A stretch of 64,000 bases of DNA from an uncultured Chloroflexia bacterium (GTDB lineage: Bacteria > Chloroflexota > Limnocylindria > Limnocylindrales > CSP1-4), in NCBI GenBank assembly GCA_963748625.1, contig CAVVJT010000007.1, forward strand, positions 416,001 to 480,000. Direction: 5' to 3'. Below are positions 41,007 through 52,034 of this stretch, piece after piece; positions within the stretch are counted from its first letter, which is position 1, and every line of letters begins with the position of its first letter. Position numbers and translations under genes: made by a program. The notes beneath the pieces are model-generated. The model was not told the origin of the DNA and made no database searches. It was given only the letters and a program-made list of their open reading frames with translations.

Positions 41007-43293
41007 GCGGACTGCTCCAGCAGAGGGCGGATCGCGGCGGCGACTCGCGCCGGGCCGGTGATGGGCGTTGTGTGCGAGGCCCCGTCGACGTCCGCGCGGC
41101 GGGCGCCGGGGATCCGGGCGGCAAGGGTATCGGCAAGCGGCGCATAGAACGGTTCGCTCGCGGTGCCGGTGAGGATGGTGACGGGGGCCGCGATCCGGCG
41201 CAGGCCGTCGGGGTCGAGGCCGGTCTGGGCGACGTCGGCGAGGGCGCCGTCACCCTCACGAGCGAGGAAGGTCTGCGGCACGCTCGGGCAGGCGGTCCCA
41301 GGCTGCGTCCCCGGCGACGATGCGCAGGAACGTCTCCGCGGCGGCAGGCGCGCCGCCGTCGCGATGGGCGGTGGCGGTCGCCTCGGCCGCGCGCAGGAAC
41401 CAGGCATGCCACTCGCCCTCGGCGAGCGGACCGTACGGCGGCTCGTACGCGGCGACGGCGATCACGCGCTCGGGACGTCGGGCTGCCAGCTCCAGGGCGA
41501 CCACACCGCCGAAGGAGACGCCGACCACGGCCGCCCGCTCGATCCCGCGCGCGTCCAGGTACGCGGTGAGGTCCTCGATGTGGGTGGCCACCTCGATCGG
41601 GCGCGGGCGCAGGATGCGGCTCGTCCCGGACCCGCGGCGGTCGATCGCGTGCACGGTGATATCACCGGGTCCCGCGAGCGCCGCCGCCAGGCGGTCGAGC
41701 TGGGCCGCCGTGGAGAGCGTGCCGTGCAGGAGCAGGACTGCCAGCGGCCCCGATCCGGTCACGCGCCAGCCGATGGCCTCGCCGCCGGGGCGGGCGAGCT
41801 CACCCGACCGCTCGCCCGCGAGCAGCGCGCGCACCGCGTCACGGCGCAGCTTGCCCCCCGTCGTGCGGGGCAGCGCATCCAGCATCGTGAGGTTGACCGG
41901 CACCTTGAAGCCGGCGAGGGACGCGCGCGCATGCACCTCGATCGCCTCGGACCCCGGGTCGGCGTGCCCGTCGCGCAGGACGAGCGCCGCGACGGGGACG
42001 GCGCCCCAGACGTCGTCCGGGCAGCCGATCACGCACGCCTCGGCGACGTCGGGGTGGGCCTCGAGCACCTGCTCCACCTCGGCGGGGGCGATGTTCTCGC
42101 CGCCCCGCACGATCCTGTCCGTCCGGCGGTCCACGATGACCAGGCGGCCGTCGCCGTCCAGCCTGCCGAGGTCGCCGGTCCGCAGCGGCTCGTCGGGGCC
42201 CGCCACCGGCCCCCCGATGTACCCCGAGCATCGGGAGGGACCGCGCACCACGATCTCGCCCACGCCGTCCGGTCCGGCATCCTCGATCGTGATGGCAACC
42301 CCGGGGAGCGGCCGCCCTGCCGTCGCGGGCGCTTCCGCGTCGGCCGCCGCCTCCGCCGAAGGCAATGCCGTGACCCCGGAACCCATCTCCGACAGGCCGT
42401 ACGTGGGCACCACCGGCCAGCCTGCACGGAGCGCGCGACGGACCAGCCCGACCGGGATCGCGCCGCCGCCCAACGGCACCGCACGCAACGACGACGGCGG
42501 CGCGGCATCGCCCGACGCATCGAGCACCCGGCGGAGCTGCGAGGGCACCAGCGATACGTGGCTGGGGGCCGGCACCAGACCTGCGTCCCCCAGCGCCGCG
42601 AGCAGCGCTGCAGGGTCGCCTGGCGCGACCACCGTGACCGGGACCCGGGCGGCGATCGCCCGCCAGACGATGCCCAGGCCCGCGACGTGCGCCACACCGA
42701 GCGGCAGGATCCACCCGGTCGCGGGCGGGAGGACGGCGGCCCAGGCATCCGCCGACGCCGCGAGCGCGCGGTGGGACAGCACGACGCCCTTCGGCCGGCC
42801 CGTCGTCCCTGACGTGAGGATGACCACCGCGGGGGCCTCAGGGTCGGGAGCCTCCACCACCGGGCGTCAACCCCACTGGCCGCCGGCCGGCCAGATCCGC
42901 GACCCGCAGCACCAGGGCCGGCTGCAACGCGTCCACCGCCGCGGTCCGCTCGCGATCGGTGAGGCCGGACGGGATCGGGCAGGCGACGGCACCCGCCCGC
43001 AGCACGCCCAGGATCGCCGGGAGCATGTCGGGGACCTGGTCCGCCAGCAGCGCGACCCGCTCTCCGGGTCCCACGCCGGCGCCGGCGACCATCTCCGCCA
43101 CGGTGGCGACCATGGCGTCCAGGCCGGCCCAGGTCACGATCCCGTCGTCGTGGACCAGGGCTGGCACATCGGGAACGGCGTGCGCGTGCTCCGCGAGCAG
43201 GCGCTCCGCAAGCCAGGGTGTGCCGGCGTGCGGCCCGACGTGCCCGCGGCGTGCGGGGCCGGCCTGCGCGGGCCCGGGGCCGGTCGCCGTCAT
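41003..43293 (-). CDS. menE: o-succinylbenzoate-CoA ligase fused to a C-terminal alpha/beta hydrolase (frameshifts at ~42870 and ~41290)
   Basis: TSGTTGRPKG, TYGLSE, TGDLG, RGGENIAPAEVE, LPRTTGGKL, then in frame LLLHGTLS, DRRGSG, GVSFGG, GASH. Confidence 0.85.
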
Positions 43294-44372
43294 GCGTCGC
43301 GCACCCGGTACCGCTCCACGGCCGTCTCGTCCACCGCAATTCCGAGGGCCGTGGAACCCTCGCCGCCGGGCGCCCGCATCCGGCCATCCTCGATCACCAG
43401 CGGCTCGGTGAGCAGGTCATCCTCCAGCAGGTCCACGGTCACAAGGCCGTGGTCGCGGTCCGCTGCGGGCCACCCGGGCAGGTCCGAGAACTGGGTCACC
43501 CACGACGCGCACGCCAGGGCCGCGGCAAGCCCGATGCCGGTTTCGAACAGCGACGACACCACCACCGGGATGCCGCGCGGCGTCGCCATCGACTCGATCC
43601 GCGCGACGGCCATCGTGCCGCCGACACGGGCGGGCTTCACCACCAGGACGTCGGCAGCGTCGTGGTCGAGCAGCAGGTGGGCGGCCTCGACCGAGGCGAC
43701 GGCCTCGTCGGCCGCGACCGGCACCCCCACCCGGCGGCGCAGGCTGATGAGGCCCTCGATGTCCGGCGCGGCGAGCGGCTGCTCCACGTACTGCAGATCG
43801 AAGTCGTCCAGCGCGGTGAGGACCTCCACCGCGGTCGGCAGGTCCCAGGTCCCGTTGGCGTCCAGGCGCAGGGCGATCGCGTCGCCGACGGCGGCCCGGA
43901 CGGCGGCCACCCGTGCGACGAGGTCCGCCACCGGCTCCTCGGGACGCCGCCTTGAGCTTGATGGTCCGGAAGCCTGCCGCCACGCGACCGGCGGCCTCTT
44001 CGGCAGCGTGCTCGCGGTCCAGCGCGGCGACCAGCGCGTTCACGCCGATTCCCCGGGCACCCGGGCGAGCGTCGGCGCCCTGCCTGGTGGCGGCCCCCGC
44101 GAGGGCGGCGAGCAGGGCGCGCCCTGCCGCACCCTCGGCCTCGAGGGACGCCGGTGCTGGGCACGTCCGGTGCTCAGCCGCACGCGGGCGACGAGCCGCT
44201 CGAGGGCCGGTGCCGCGGCCAGGTCCTCCAGGACGGCCTCGCCCCAGCCGATGACCCCGTCGTCGGAGGTGACCTTGACCAGCCACGAGTCGCGCGCCGT
44301 CCACGTTCTTGCGGCGTTCGTGAACGGCGCGCGGAACGGGACGCGGACGCGGGTGATCTCCATGGACGGCAT
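43290..44372 (-). CDS. menC: o-succinylbenzoate synthase (enolase superfamily; frameshift at ~43940)
   Basis: GWGEA, GFRTIKLK, LRLDANGTW, YVEQP, AADE, VVKPARVGG, VVSSLFETGIG. Confidence 0.88.
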
Positions 44373-45359
44373 CAGGACGGACCTCCACCGATGGCGCCCG
44401 CGAGCGCGAGCCCGAGGGCGAACAGGAGCCCGTGCCAGAGCGAGAGCCGGGCGGTTCCCTTGAGGACGAGATTGAGCTCCCGGCGCTCGCCAAACCCGAA
44501 GACCTTCACGAGCAGCGGGCGCGCGAGCGGCAGGGTGAGCAGGGGGAGCACGACACCGATGTCGCCGAGGTCCCCGGATCCACCCGACGGCGTGCCGGCA
44601 ATCCACCACCAGAATGGGAGCAGCGTGGGCACCGCGTACGCGACCCCGAGGAGCAGCGCGTACTCGGCCTGGGTCGCACGCTCCCCGATCACGACGCGCC
44701 AGCGTGCGCTTGCCGGCCTCGGTGTCGGTGGGGATGTCGCGCAGGTTGTTGACGACGAGGATCGCCGTGATCAGCGCCCCCGGCGGCACGGCGGCCGCCA
44801 GGTACAGCGGCTCCAGCGTCAGCGTCTGCAGGTAGGCGGTCCCGGCCACCGCGACCAGGCCGAAGAAGATGAAGACGAAGACCTCGCCCAGTGCCTTGTA
44901 GCCGTACGGGAACGGCCCGCCGGTGTAGGCGATCGCCGCCACCACGGCCAGCACGCCCAGCAGCAGCAGCACCCACCCGCCGACGGCGACGAGGTACAGC
45001 CCCACGACCCCGGCCAGGCCGATGACGATCGCCATCGCGATCTCCAACTGGCGCTCGGTCACGAGCCCGGCCGCCGCGACCCGGAGTGGCCCCTGGCGGG
45101 CCTCGGTGTCCGCCCCGCGCCGGAAGTCGGACAGGTCGTTGGAGAAGTTGGCCAGGATCTGCAGCAGGAGCGCGACGGCGAGGCAGGCGAGCGCGGTGTC
45201 GAGCCGCAGGGGCGCACCGGTCGCCATCGCGGCACCCAGGCCGACCACCACGCCCGCGGCGGCGGCGGGCAGCGTGTTCGGCCGGGCCGCGCGGACCCAG
45301 ATCGAGAGGGCCGACGGCCGGGTGGGCGGCAAGGACGGGGCCGGAGCGGCGGACGTCAT
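44372..45359 (-). CDS. menA: DHNA polyprenyltransferase (frameshift at ~44695)
   Basis: WVRAARPNTLPAA..NFSNDLSDFRRGAD..YTGGPFPYGY..ILVVNNLRDIPTD..GKRTLA. Confidence 0.93.
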
Positions 45360-46189
45360 CAGGGGCGCCGCGGATAGGTGCGGTAGGCGGGCTTGCGCTT
45401 GGCGAGGAACGCCTTCGACCCCTCGTGGGCCTCATCGGTCGTGTAGTAGAGGCCCGTCGCGTTGCCCGCGAACTCCTGGAGACCGGCGAGCCCGTCGGTG
45501 GCGACCAGGAACGCGGACTTGAGGAACCGGATCGCCGTGGGGCTCATGTCGAGGATCTCGTCGGCCCACTGGACGCCTTCGGCCTCGAGGTCCCCGAGCG
45601 GGACGACCTTGTTCACGAGGTTCATCGCCAGCGCCTCCTCGGCGTTGTACTGGCGGCACAGGAACCAGATCTCCTTGGCCTTCTTGTCCCCCACCAGCCG
45701 GGCCAGCAGGCCCACGCCGAAGCCGGCATCGAAGGAGCCCACCCGCGGGCCCACCTGGCCGAAGATCGCGTTGTCCGACGCGATCGACATGTCGCACACG
45801 ATGTGCAGCACGTGGCCGCCGCCGATGGCATAGCCGTTGACGAGCGCGATGACCGGGATCGGCAGGGAACGGATCTGGCGCTGGAGGTCGAGCACGTTGA
45901 GGCGCGCGACACCGTCGGTGTCGAGGTAGCCGCCCTCGGCGCTCTTGTACTTCTGGTCCCCGCCTGAGCAGAAGGCCTTGTCGCCCTCGCCGGTGAGCAG
46001 GACGCAGCCGATCCGCGCGTCATCGCGGATGCGCGCGAAGGCGTCGATGAGCTCGCGCACGGTCTGCGGCCGGAAGGCGTTGCGGACCTCCGGGCGGTTG
46101 ATGGTGACCTTGGCGATGCCGGTACCGGAGTGCTCGTACCGGATGTCCTTGTATTCGACGGCGGGGGTCCACGTCACGGGCGACGTCAT
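45359..46189 (-). CDS. menB: 1,4-dihydroxy-2-naphthoyl-CoA synthase
   Basis: [61 protein letters not shown]. Confidence 0.97.
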   Translation of the reverse strand: MTSPVTWTPAVEYKDIRYEHSGTGIAKVTINRPEVRNAFRPQTVRELIDAFARIRDDARIGCVLLTGEGDKAFCSGGDQKYKSAEGGYLDTDGVARLNVLDLQRQIRSLPIPVIALVNGYAIGGGHVLHIVCDMSIASDNAIFGQVGPRVGSFDAGFGVGLLARLVGDKKAKEIWFLCRQYNAEEALAMNLVNKVVPLGDLEAEGVQWADEILDMSPTAIRFLKSAFLVATDGLAGLQEFAGNATGLYYTTDEAHEGSKAFLAKRKPAYRTYPRRP

Positions 46190-46995
46190 GCGGCGCGATC
46201 CTCCTGCAGGAACGTTGAGACGAGGCGGGCGAAGGCCTCGGGCTGTTCGTCATGGGGGGTGTGGCCGGCGCCGTCGACGACCTCGAGGCGGGCACCGGGG
46301 ATGCCTGCGGCGACCTGTTCGGCGCGTGGCCGGCCGACGATGTCGAGCGCACCGGTGATGACCAGTGTCTGGGCGGTCACCTCGTCGAGTCGCGCCAGGA
46401 GCGGCTCCATGACGCCCTGGCCAGCGGCCCGGAGCGACGCTGCGAGCCCTGCCGGGTCATTGGCGAGGCGCATGGCGCGAATCCGCCGCGCGCGCTCGGG
46501 TGCCAGCGCTGCATGGCTGGCGAACACGGGGCTGGTCTCCCACTCGTCCACGAACGCGGTGATACCGCCCTGCTCGATCCGGGCTGCCAGCGCGTCGTCG
46601 GCACGCCGACGCGCGGCGCGGGCCCCCGGGTCCGCGATTCCGGCCGACGGGCTCTCGAGGACGAGGCGATCGACGACCTCCGGGTGGGCGACGGCCAGGC
46701 GCAGGGCGATCCGGGCGCCCAGGCTGTAGCCGAGGACATCCGCGGGCGCCGCCGCCAGTCGATCAAGGATCGCTGCCAGGTCGGCGGCCATCCGCTCGAC
46801 CGTCGCCAGGGCCGGATCGTCGAGATGGCTCCGCCCGTGGCCCGGCAGGTCCAGGACGATGCAACGACGTCCCGGCCCGAGCGTCCCGAGGTGCTCTGTC
46901 CAGGCGGCGGCGCTGCCCGTGAAACCGTGGATGAGGAGGAGGGGTGCACCCGTTCCCACCTCGGCCACGTTCCAGTCGATCCCGCCCACGAGCAT
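46186..46995 (-). CDS. menH: SHCHC synthase
   Basis: [39 protein letters not shown]. Lies between menD and menB. Confidence 0.9.
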   Translation of the reverse strand: MLVGGIDWNVAEVGTGAPLLLIHGFTGSAAAWTEHLGTLGPGRRCIVLDLPGHGRSHLDDPALATVERMAADLAAILDRLAAAPADVLGYSLGARIALRLAVAHPEVVDRLVLESPSAGIADPGARAARRRADDALAARIEQGGITAFVDEWETSPVFASHAALAPERARRIRAMRLANDPAGLAASLRAAGQGVMEPLLARLDEVTAQTLVITGALDIVGRPRAEQVAAGIPGARLEVVDGAGHTPHDEQPEAFARLVSTFLQEDRAA

Positions 46996-48755
46996 CAGAA
47001 CGCCCTCCGTGCGGGCGCACGCGTCACGGCGTAGCCGACGTGCTTCGCCAGCGCCTGGTGGAGCAGCAGGTTCCGCGCCCGGTCGGTGCGCACCTCCAGC
47101 ACCTGGACGCCGGGCCGCGCGAGCGAGTCGGCCAGGGCGGCCTCGAGGTCGGCCATGCCGGCGACCAGGTGGTGCTCCCCGCCGAGCGCCTCCACGATCG
47201 GCGCGACGTCCACGCCGTGGGGCGTCCCGAACAGCTCCTCGTAGTGCTCGGGCAAGCCGGACCCCGCCGGGACATCGGCCTGGGCCTGCGGCAGGAACGA
47301 GAAGATCCCGCCGCCGTCGTTGTTGAGCAGCACGATCGTGGCCGAGAGGCCGTGCAGCTTCGCCGCGAGCAGTGCGTTGAGGTCGTGGAGGAAGCTCACG
47401 TCACCGATGACAAGCGCCACCGGCCCCGCGTTGACGGCAGCCGCGCCGAGCGCGCTCGACACGACGCCGTCGATGCCGTTGGCGCCCCGGTTCGAGCGGA
47501 CCGTGATCCGCTTGTCGGTCGCCGGGAACCAGGCATCGAGGTCGCGGACGGGCATGGAGCTGCCGGCCCACAGCACCGAGCCGTCCGGCAGCGCGCTGGC
47601 GAGGGCCGGGATCACGGCGCCCTCGAAGGGCTCGGTGACATCGGCCGCCCATGCCCTCATCGCCTTGACCACCGTCTTCTCGGCAGCCTGCCAGTCGCGG
47701 GTCCAGCCGAGCGTCCGCACGTTGGAGCCCAGCTTCACCGTGAGCGAGTGGGCGGTGGCCGCCGGGTCCGCCTGGACGAAGGTGGTGGGCAGGAGCGCGG
47801 CCTCACGCCAGCCGCCGTCGCCATCGAGGACGATCTGGGCGGGCCGCGTCCGCTCCAGCAGCTGCAGGATGGGCTTCGAGGTGGGCATGGCGCCGGTGCG
47901 GATGACGAGGTCGGGCGCGTGCCGGTCGATCCAGGTGCCAGGCCGGACGATCTGGTCGGCGCGCGTGACAACGCGCTTCTTGTCGTGGGGTCCGGCCCGC
48001 AGGCCCGAGAGCGGGTCGGCGAGGATCGGGTAGCCGGTGGCGCGGGCCAGGCCCACGAGCGCCTCGGGAAGCTCCGGATCGTCGTCCGGACCGGCGATGA
48101 TCAGGCCGCGGACCGTCCGCGCAAGGAGCGTGGCCAACTCGCCGAGGACCTCGTCGTCGAGCAGCGGGGTGCCCGGGATCACCGACACGAACGGCGGCTG
48201 GGGCGCGCCTGGTGCAAGGCTCCCGTCGGGGAGCAGCGGCTCGCGCAGGGGAACGTTGATGTGCACGGGGCCCGCGGGACCGGCGGCGGCCACGGCAACC
48301 GCGCGACCCGCCACCGAGCGGAGATGGGCCAGCGTCGCCGGGGCGCCGTCCATCAGTGGGAGCTCCGCGTACCACTTGGCGGCGCGCCCGTAGAGGAAGC
48401 GCTGGTCGATGGTCTGCGGCGCGCCGCGGTCCTGCAGCTCGGGTGGGCGATCCGCGGTGAGCACGACGAGCGGCACCCGCGAGAGCTGGGCCTCCACGAC
48501 GGCCGGCGCGAAGTTGACGACCGCGGTGCCCGACGTGGCCAGGAGCACCACCGGGCGGCCGCTGGTGCGCGCCATGCCCAGGGCGAAGAAGCCGGCCGCG
48601 CGCTCGTCGAGGAGGACGCGGACGGTCAGCTGGGGCGTGGTCTTGAGCGCCAGCGCGAGGGGGGTGGATCGGGAGCCCGGGCAGACGACCGCCTGCTCGA
48701 CCCCGGCCGCGACCAGCCCGTCGACGAAGGCCCGCAGGCCCGCAGCGTTGCTCAT
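46995..48755 (-). CDS. menD: SEPHCHC synthase
   Basis: CPGSRSTPLA, DERAAGFFALG, TSGTA, TADRPPEL, NRGANGIDG, GDVSFLHD, NNDGGGIF. Confidence 0.97.
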   Translation of the reverse strand: MSNAAGLRAFVDGLVAAGVEQAVVCPGSRSTPLALALKTTPQLTVRVLLDERAAGFFALGMARTSGRPVVLLATSGTAVVNFAPAVVEAQLSRVPLVVLTADRPPELQDRGAPQTIDQRFLYGRAAKWYAELPLMDGAPATLAHLRSVAGRAVAVAAAGPAGPVHINVPLREPLLPDGSLAPGAPQPPFVSVIPGTPLLDDEVLGELATLLARTVRGLIIAGPDDDPELPEALVGLARATGYPILADPLSGLRAGPHDKKRVVTRADQIVRPGTWIDRHAPDLVIRTGAMPTSKPILQLLERTRPAQIVLDGDGGWREAALLPTTFVQADPAATAHSLTVKLGSNVRTLGWTRDWQAAEKTVVKAMRAWAADVTEPFEGAVIPALASALPDGSVLWAGSSMPVRDLDAWFPATDKRITVRSNRGANGIDGVVSSALGAAAVNAGPVALVIGDVSFLHDLNALLAAKLHGLSATIVLLNNDGGGIFSFLPQAQADVPAGSGLPEHYEELFGTPHGVDVAPIVEALGGEHHLVAGMADLEAALADSLARPGVQVLEVRTDRARNLLLHQALAKHVGYAVTRAPARRAF

Positions 48756-48759
48756 CGCC

Positions 48760-50211
48760 TCACCCCTCGTCCTGGGGGATGCCCAGGGCCGACACCACCG
48801 CGCGCAGCTTGATCCGGGACTCCTCCCATTCCAGGTCGGGATCCGAGTCCGCCACGATGCCGCAGCCCGCGAACAGCGTGGCCCGCGTGCGATCCACGAT
48901 CCCGCAGCGCAGGGCGACGCACAGCTCGCCGTCGCCGTCGGCGCCCAGCCAGCCGATGGGGCTCGCGTACCAGCCGCGGTCGTAGCCTTCGTGCTCGTCG
49001 ATCATCGCAAGCGCCTGCTCCCGTGGTTCGCCGCCCACCGCGGGAGTGGGATGAAGACGCTCGCCCAGCGCGAGCAGGCCCTGGTCCTCGCGCGTGGTCC
49101 CCGAGATCTCGGTGACAAGGTGCTGCACGAAGCGCAGGGTCATGATCCCGGGCCGCGGTTCGACCTCCAACGTGTCGGCGACCGGCCGCAGCAGGCCGCG
49201 GATGGAGTCCACGACGATCGCGTGCTCCTCGCGGTCCTTCTCGGAGTCGAGGAGGGCCTGGGCGAGGAGCGCGTCCTCGGTGGCGTCCTGGCCCCGGCGG
49301 ATGGTGCCCGCAACGGCGACGGTCCGGAAGGTGCGTCCTTCGGTCCGCACGAGGCGCTCGGGCGTGGCGCCGAGGAAGGTCCGGCCGGAGCGGCGGAAGG
49401 CATACGTGGTGGACTCGGGGGCGCTCGCCGCCAGGCGCCGGAGGGCGTTGGGAACGTCCAGCTCCAGGGGCGAGCGCATGTCCACGCGGCGCGCCAGGAC
49501 CACCTTGTCGATGCGGCCCCGGCCAACGGCGCCCGCGTACATGCCCACGAGCCGCCGGAAGTGGTCCCGCGACGGGAGCTCCTCGGTGACCCGGAGCGGC
49601 GCGACCACCGGCATGGCGACGATGCCGCCGGGCGCCGGAGTGAGGGCGGCGGCACGTCCGGCGAGCTGTTCCCACAGGCGCTCCAGCTCCCGCGGCGAGC
49701 GAGCACCCGACACGGAGGCACCGGTCAGCTCGGTCTGGCCGTCCGCCACCTTGAGCATGAGCTCGGGCAGGACGAGTGAGCTGGCCCCGAACGGCCCCCA
49801 GGGGTCGTCGGCGGCGGGCCGGCGCCCGGTGAAGCCCATCGCGCCGAGCAGCGTTGGACCACCGGCGGCGCCCGGTGCGATGCCGATCCGGGCATCGGCC
49901 ACGAGCGCCCGCCAGGCGGCCTCGGCCTCGCGGAAGCGCGCCCCGCCCTCGGCTTCGACGGCCCACGCCCGCCCGATGCCGACCAGCGCCATCCCCTCCG
50001 ACGGGCGCAGCCAGAGGGCAGCCTCGAGGTCCGCCTCGACAGCAGCGGCGTAGAGGGCGATGGGATCGACCGCTGCGATCTCGACGGTTACCGCAAGCAG
50101 CGTGCCGTCGGGCGCATCGGGCAGTGCCCGCAGGCGCTCCGCGATGCCGGGATCCGTGTCCGGCAGGACGTGGGGCCGCGCGTGGGGCCGACCGCGGTCG
50201 ATTGCGGTCAC
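48760..50211 (-). CDS. menF: Isochorismate synthase
   Basis: KVVLAR, FLGATPERL, AVAGT, KDREEH, LHPTPAVGG, RGWYA, VALRC, FAGCGIV. Confidence 0.93.
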   Translation of the reverse strand: MTAIDRGRPHARPHVLPDTDPGIAERLRALPDAPDGTLLAVTVEIAAVDPIALYAAAVEADLEAALWLRPSEGMALVGIGRAWAVEAEGGARFREAEAAWRALVADARIGIAPGAAGGPTLLGAMGFTGRRPAADDPWGPFGASSLVLPELMLKVADGQTELTGASVSGARSPRELERLWEQLAGRAAALTPAPGGIVAMPVVAPLRVTEELPSRDHFRRLVGMYAGAVGRGRIDKVVLARRVDMRSPLELDVPNALRRLAASAPESTTYAFRRSGRTFLGATPERLVRTEGRTFRTVAVAGTIRRGQDATEDALLAQALLDSEKDREEHAIVVDSIRGLLRPVADTLEVEPRPGIMTLRFVQHLVTEISGTTREDQGLLALGERLHPTPAVGGEPREQALAMIDEHEGYDRGWYASPIGWLGADGDGELCVALRCGIVDRTRATLFAGCGIVADSDPDLEWEESRIKLRAVVSALGIPQDEG

Positions 50212-50870
50212 CGGGCTGCCTCCGGGAAGCTCCAGCCTTCGGACGGGGGCGGCACCTCGCCGATCCGCTCCGCCGGGACGCCTGCGCTGCGCAGGAGCGT
50301 GGCCCGCAGTGCCGGATAGGCATCCTCCAGGCGCGCCGGCTTGTCCGCGAGGAGCCAGCGCGCGACCACCTCGTTGATCGCGCCGAACCAGGCGATGCTC
50401 ACGATCCGCGTGTCCATCGGCGGTGCGGCCCCGGCAGCCACGGCCTCGTCGAGGTAGCCGGCGATCAGGACGGCGAAGCGCGCATGGAGCGCGTTGGTCT
50501 CAGCCTGGAACACGCGTCCGGCGCCCGCCGTGTCGAGGAACAGCAGGCGGGCCATGGTCCGGTGGCCCGCGAACGTGGTGAGGACCGTGTGGATGGCCGC
50601 CTCCGCCTTCGCGACGGGCTCGGTCTCGAGCGCGACGGCCTTCTCCACCCTCGCGACGAGCTTGTCGGCGGTGGTGGCCATCAGCTCGCGGAAGATGGCG
50701 TCCTTGCTGGGGAAGTGGAAGTAGATGCCACCCTTTGAGGTCTCGGCCGCCTCGGCGATGTCATCGACCGCGGTGTCCCGGTAGCCGCGCGTGGAGAACG
50801 TGGAGAATGCGGCGTCAAGGATCCGCTCGCGGCGGCTGCGGCTCTGCTCGGTGGCGTCGGGACGGGCCAT
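50208..50870 (-). CDS. TetR/AcrR family regulator, first gene of the men operon
   Basis: RERILDAAFSTFSTRGY..IAEAAETSKGGIYFHFPSKDAIF. Stop overlaps the menF start. Confidence 0.93.
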   Translation of the reverse strand: MARPDATEQSRSRRERILDAAFSTFSTRGYRDTAVDDIAEAAETSKGGIYFHFPSKDAIFRELMATTADKLVARVEKAVALETEPVAKAEAAIHTVLTTFAGHRTMARLLFLDTAGAGRVFQAETNALHARFAVLIAGYLDEAVAAGAAPPMDTRIVSIAWFGAINEVVARWLLADKPARLEDAYPALRATLLRSAGVPAERIGEVPPPSEGWSFPEAAR

Positions 50871-50900
50871 GGATCACGCCCTCTGCGGTTCGCTCCAGCA

Positions 50901-50918
50901 ACCGACTGACCAGTCGGT
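50901..50918. promoter_or_regulatory. Perfect palindrome, putative TetR operator
   Basis: ACCGACTG-AC-CAGTCGGT, just downstream of a minus-strand -10-like TAGCAT (50931-50936). Confidence 0.7.
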
Positions 50919-50978
50919 CGGTCGATGTGGATGCTAGCGCAAAGTCGCACGTAAGCGGTTGCTGCCACTGTCGGGGGT

Positions 50979-51686
50979 ATGGATCCTGTTCGACTCGGCC
51001 TTGCCGTCCGCGCTCTCCGCCGCCGCCGCGGCTGGACCCAGCTCCACCTCGCCGAGGAGGCCCGCCTATCGCAGGCCGCAGTCAGCCGCTGCGAGCGGGG
51101 CGAGGTGGACACGCTCACGCATCGGACGCTCCTCGACATCGCCGACGCGCTCGGAGCAAAGGTCACGGTGACGATCACGTGGCACGGCGAGGAGCTGGAC
51201 CGCCTGCTCGACGCCGCGCACGCTGACATCGTCGAGGCCGTTGTGCGCCTGCTGCGGGCGGCCGGATGGGAGGTGATCCCGGAAGCAACCTTCTCCGTGT
51301 ACGGCGAGCGCGGCTCGATCGACGTGCTCGCGTATCACCCTGGGACCGGCGCGCTGCTGGTGATCGAGGTCAAGTCGGTCGTGCCGGACATGCAGGCGAT
51401 GCTCTCGGCACTGGACCGCAAGGTCCGCCATGCGCCGTCGGTCGCCATGGCGCGCGGGTGGAAGGTCGCGAGCGTCTCGCGCGTGCTCGTGCTGCCAGAC
51501 GACCGGACCGCGCGGCGGCGGATCGAGACCCACGCGGCCACGATCGACCAGCTCATGCCGCTGCGGACGGCCGCGGTGCGGCGGTGGCTTGTCGATCCGG
51601 CTGCCTCGATCGGCGGCGTCCTGTTCCTGCCGATCGCCGGGCGTGCAGTTGGGCGCCACCGGATCGGCCGGTCGAGGCCTTCCTGA
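50979..51686 (+). CDS. XRE-family HTH fused to a PD-(D/E)xK nuclease-like domain
   Basis: RALRRRRGWTQLHLAEEARLSQAAVSRCERG, then EATFSVYGERGSIDVLAY..LLVIEVKS. Confidence 0.8.
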   Translation: MDPVRLGLAVRALRRRRGWTQLHLAEEARLSQAAVSRCERGEVDTLTHRTLLDIADALGAKVTVTITWHGEELDRLLDAAHADIVEAVVRLLRAAGWEVIPEATFSVYGERGSIDVLAYHPGTGALLVIEVKSVVPDMQAMLSALDRKVRHAPSVAMARGWKVASVSRVLVLPDDRTARRRIETHAATIDQLMPLRTAAVRRWLVDPAASIGGVLFLPIAGRAVGRHRIGRSRPS

Positions 51687-51732
51687 CCATCGCCAGCGGC
51701 CGCGTCGTCTCCAGCGGCTGCCAAATAGTCAG

Positions 51733-51869
51733 AGGACGACTGTTCGTCAACGCGCTTGCTCCATCGAGCCCTTGAATCGCGCACCTGGACCCGGATTCGG
51801 CCCAATGCCACTGCCAAAACCGCGCCTGGCGCAGATTCTGTCAGCTTCGGCCTGACGAACAGTCGTCCT
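51733..51869. repeat. 137 bp element with perfect 17 bp terminal inverted repeats
   Basis: AGGACGACTGTTCGTCA (51733-51749) and TGACGAACAGTCGTCCT (51853-51869). Confidence 0.75.
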
Positions 51870-52034
51870 TTGTCTGAGCGGCGGAAATCTGGCGTTGCGG
51901 CGGGCCGCGACGGAACGGCCCTCGCGTGGCGGAACGGCCCTCGCGTGGCGGCGGACCGCGGAGGGGCGTGACAATTCGCGCCGTGCTGGGCCACGCGGAC
52001 CGACCGGACACGCAGGCCCCCGCGATCCGGTCGA

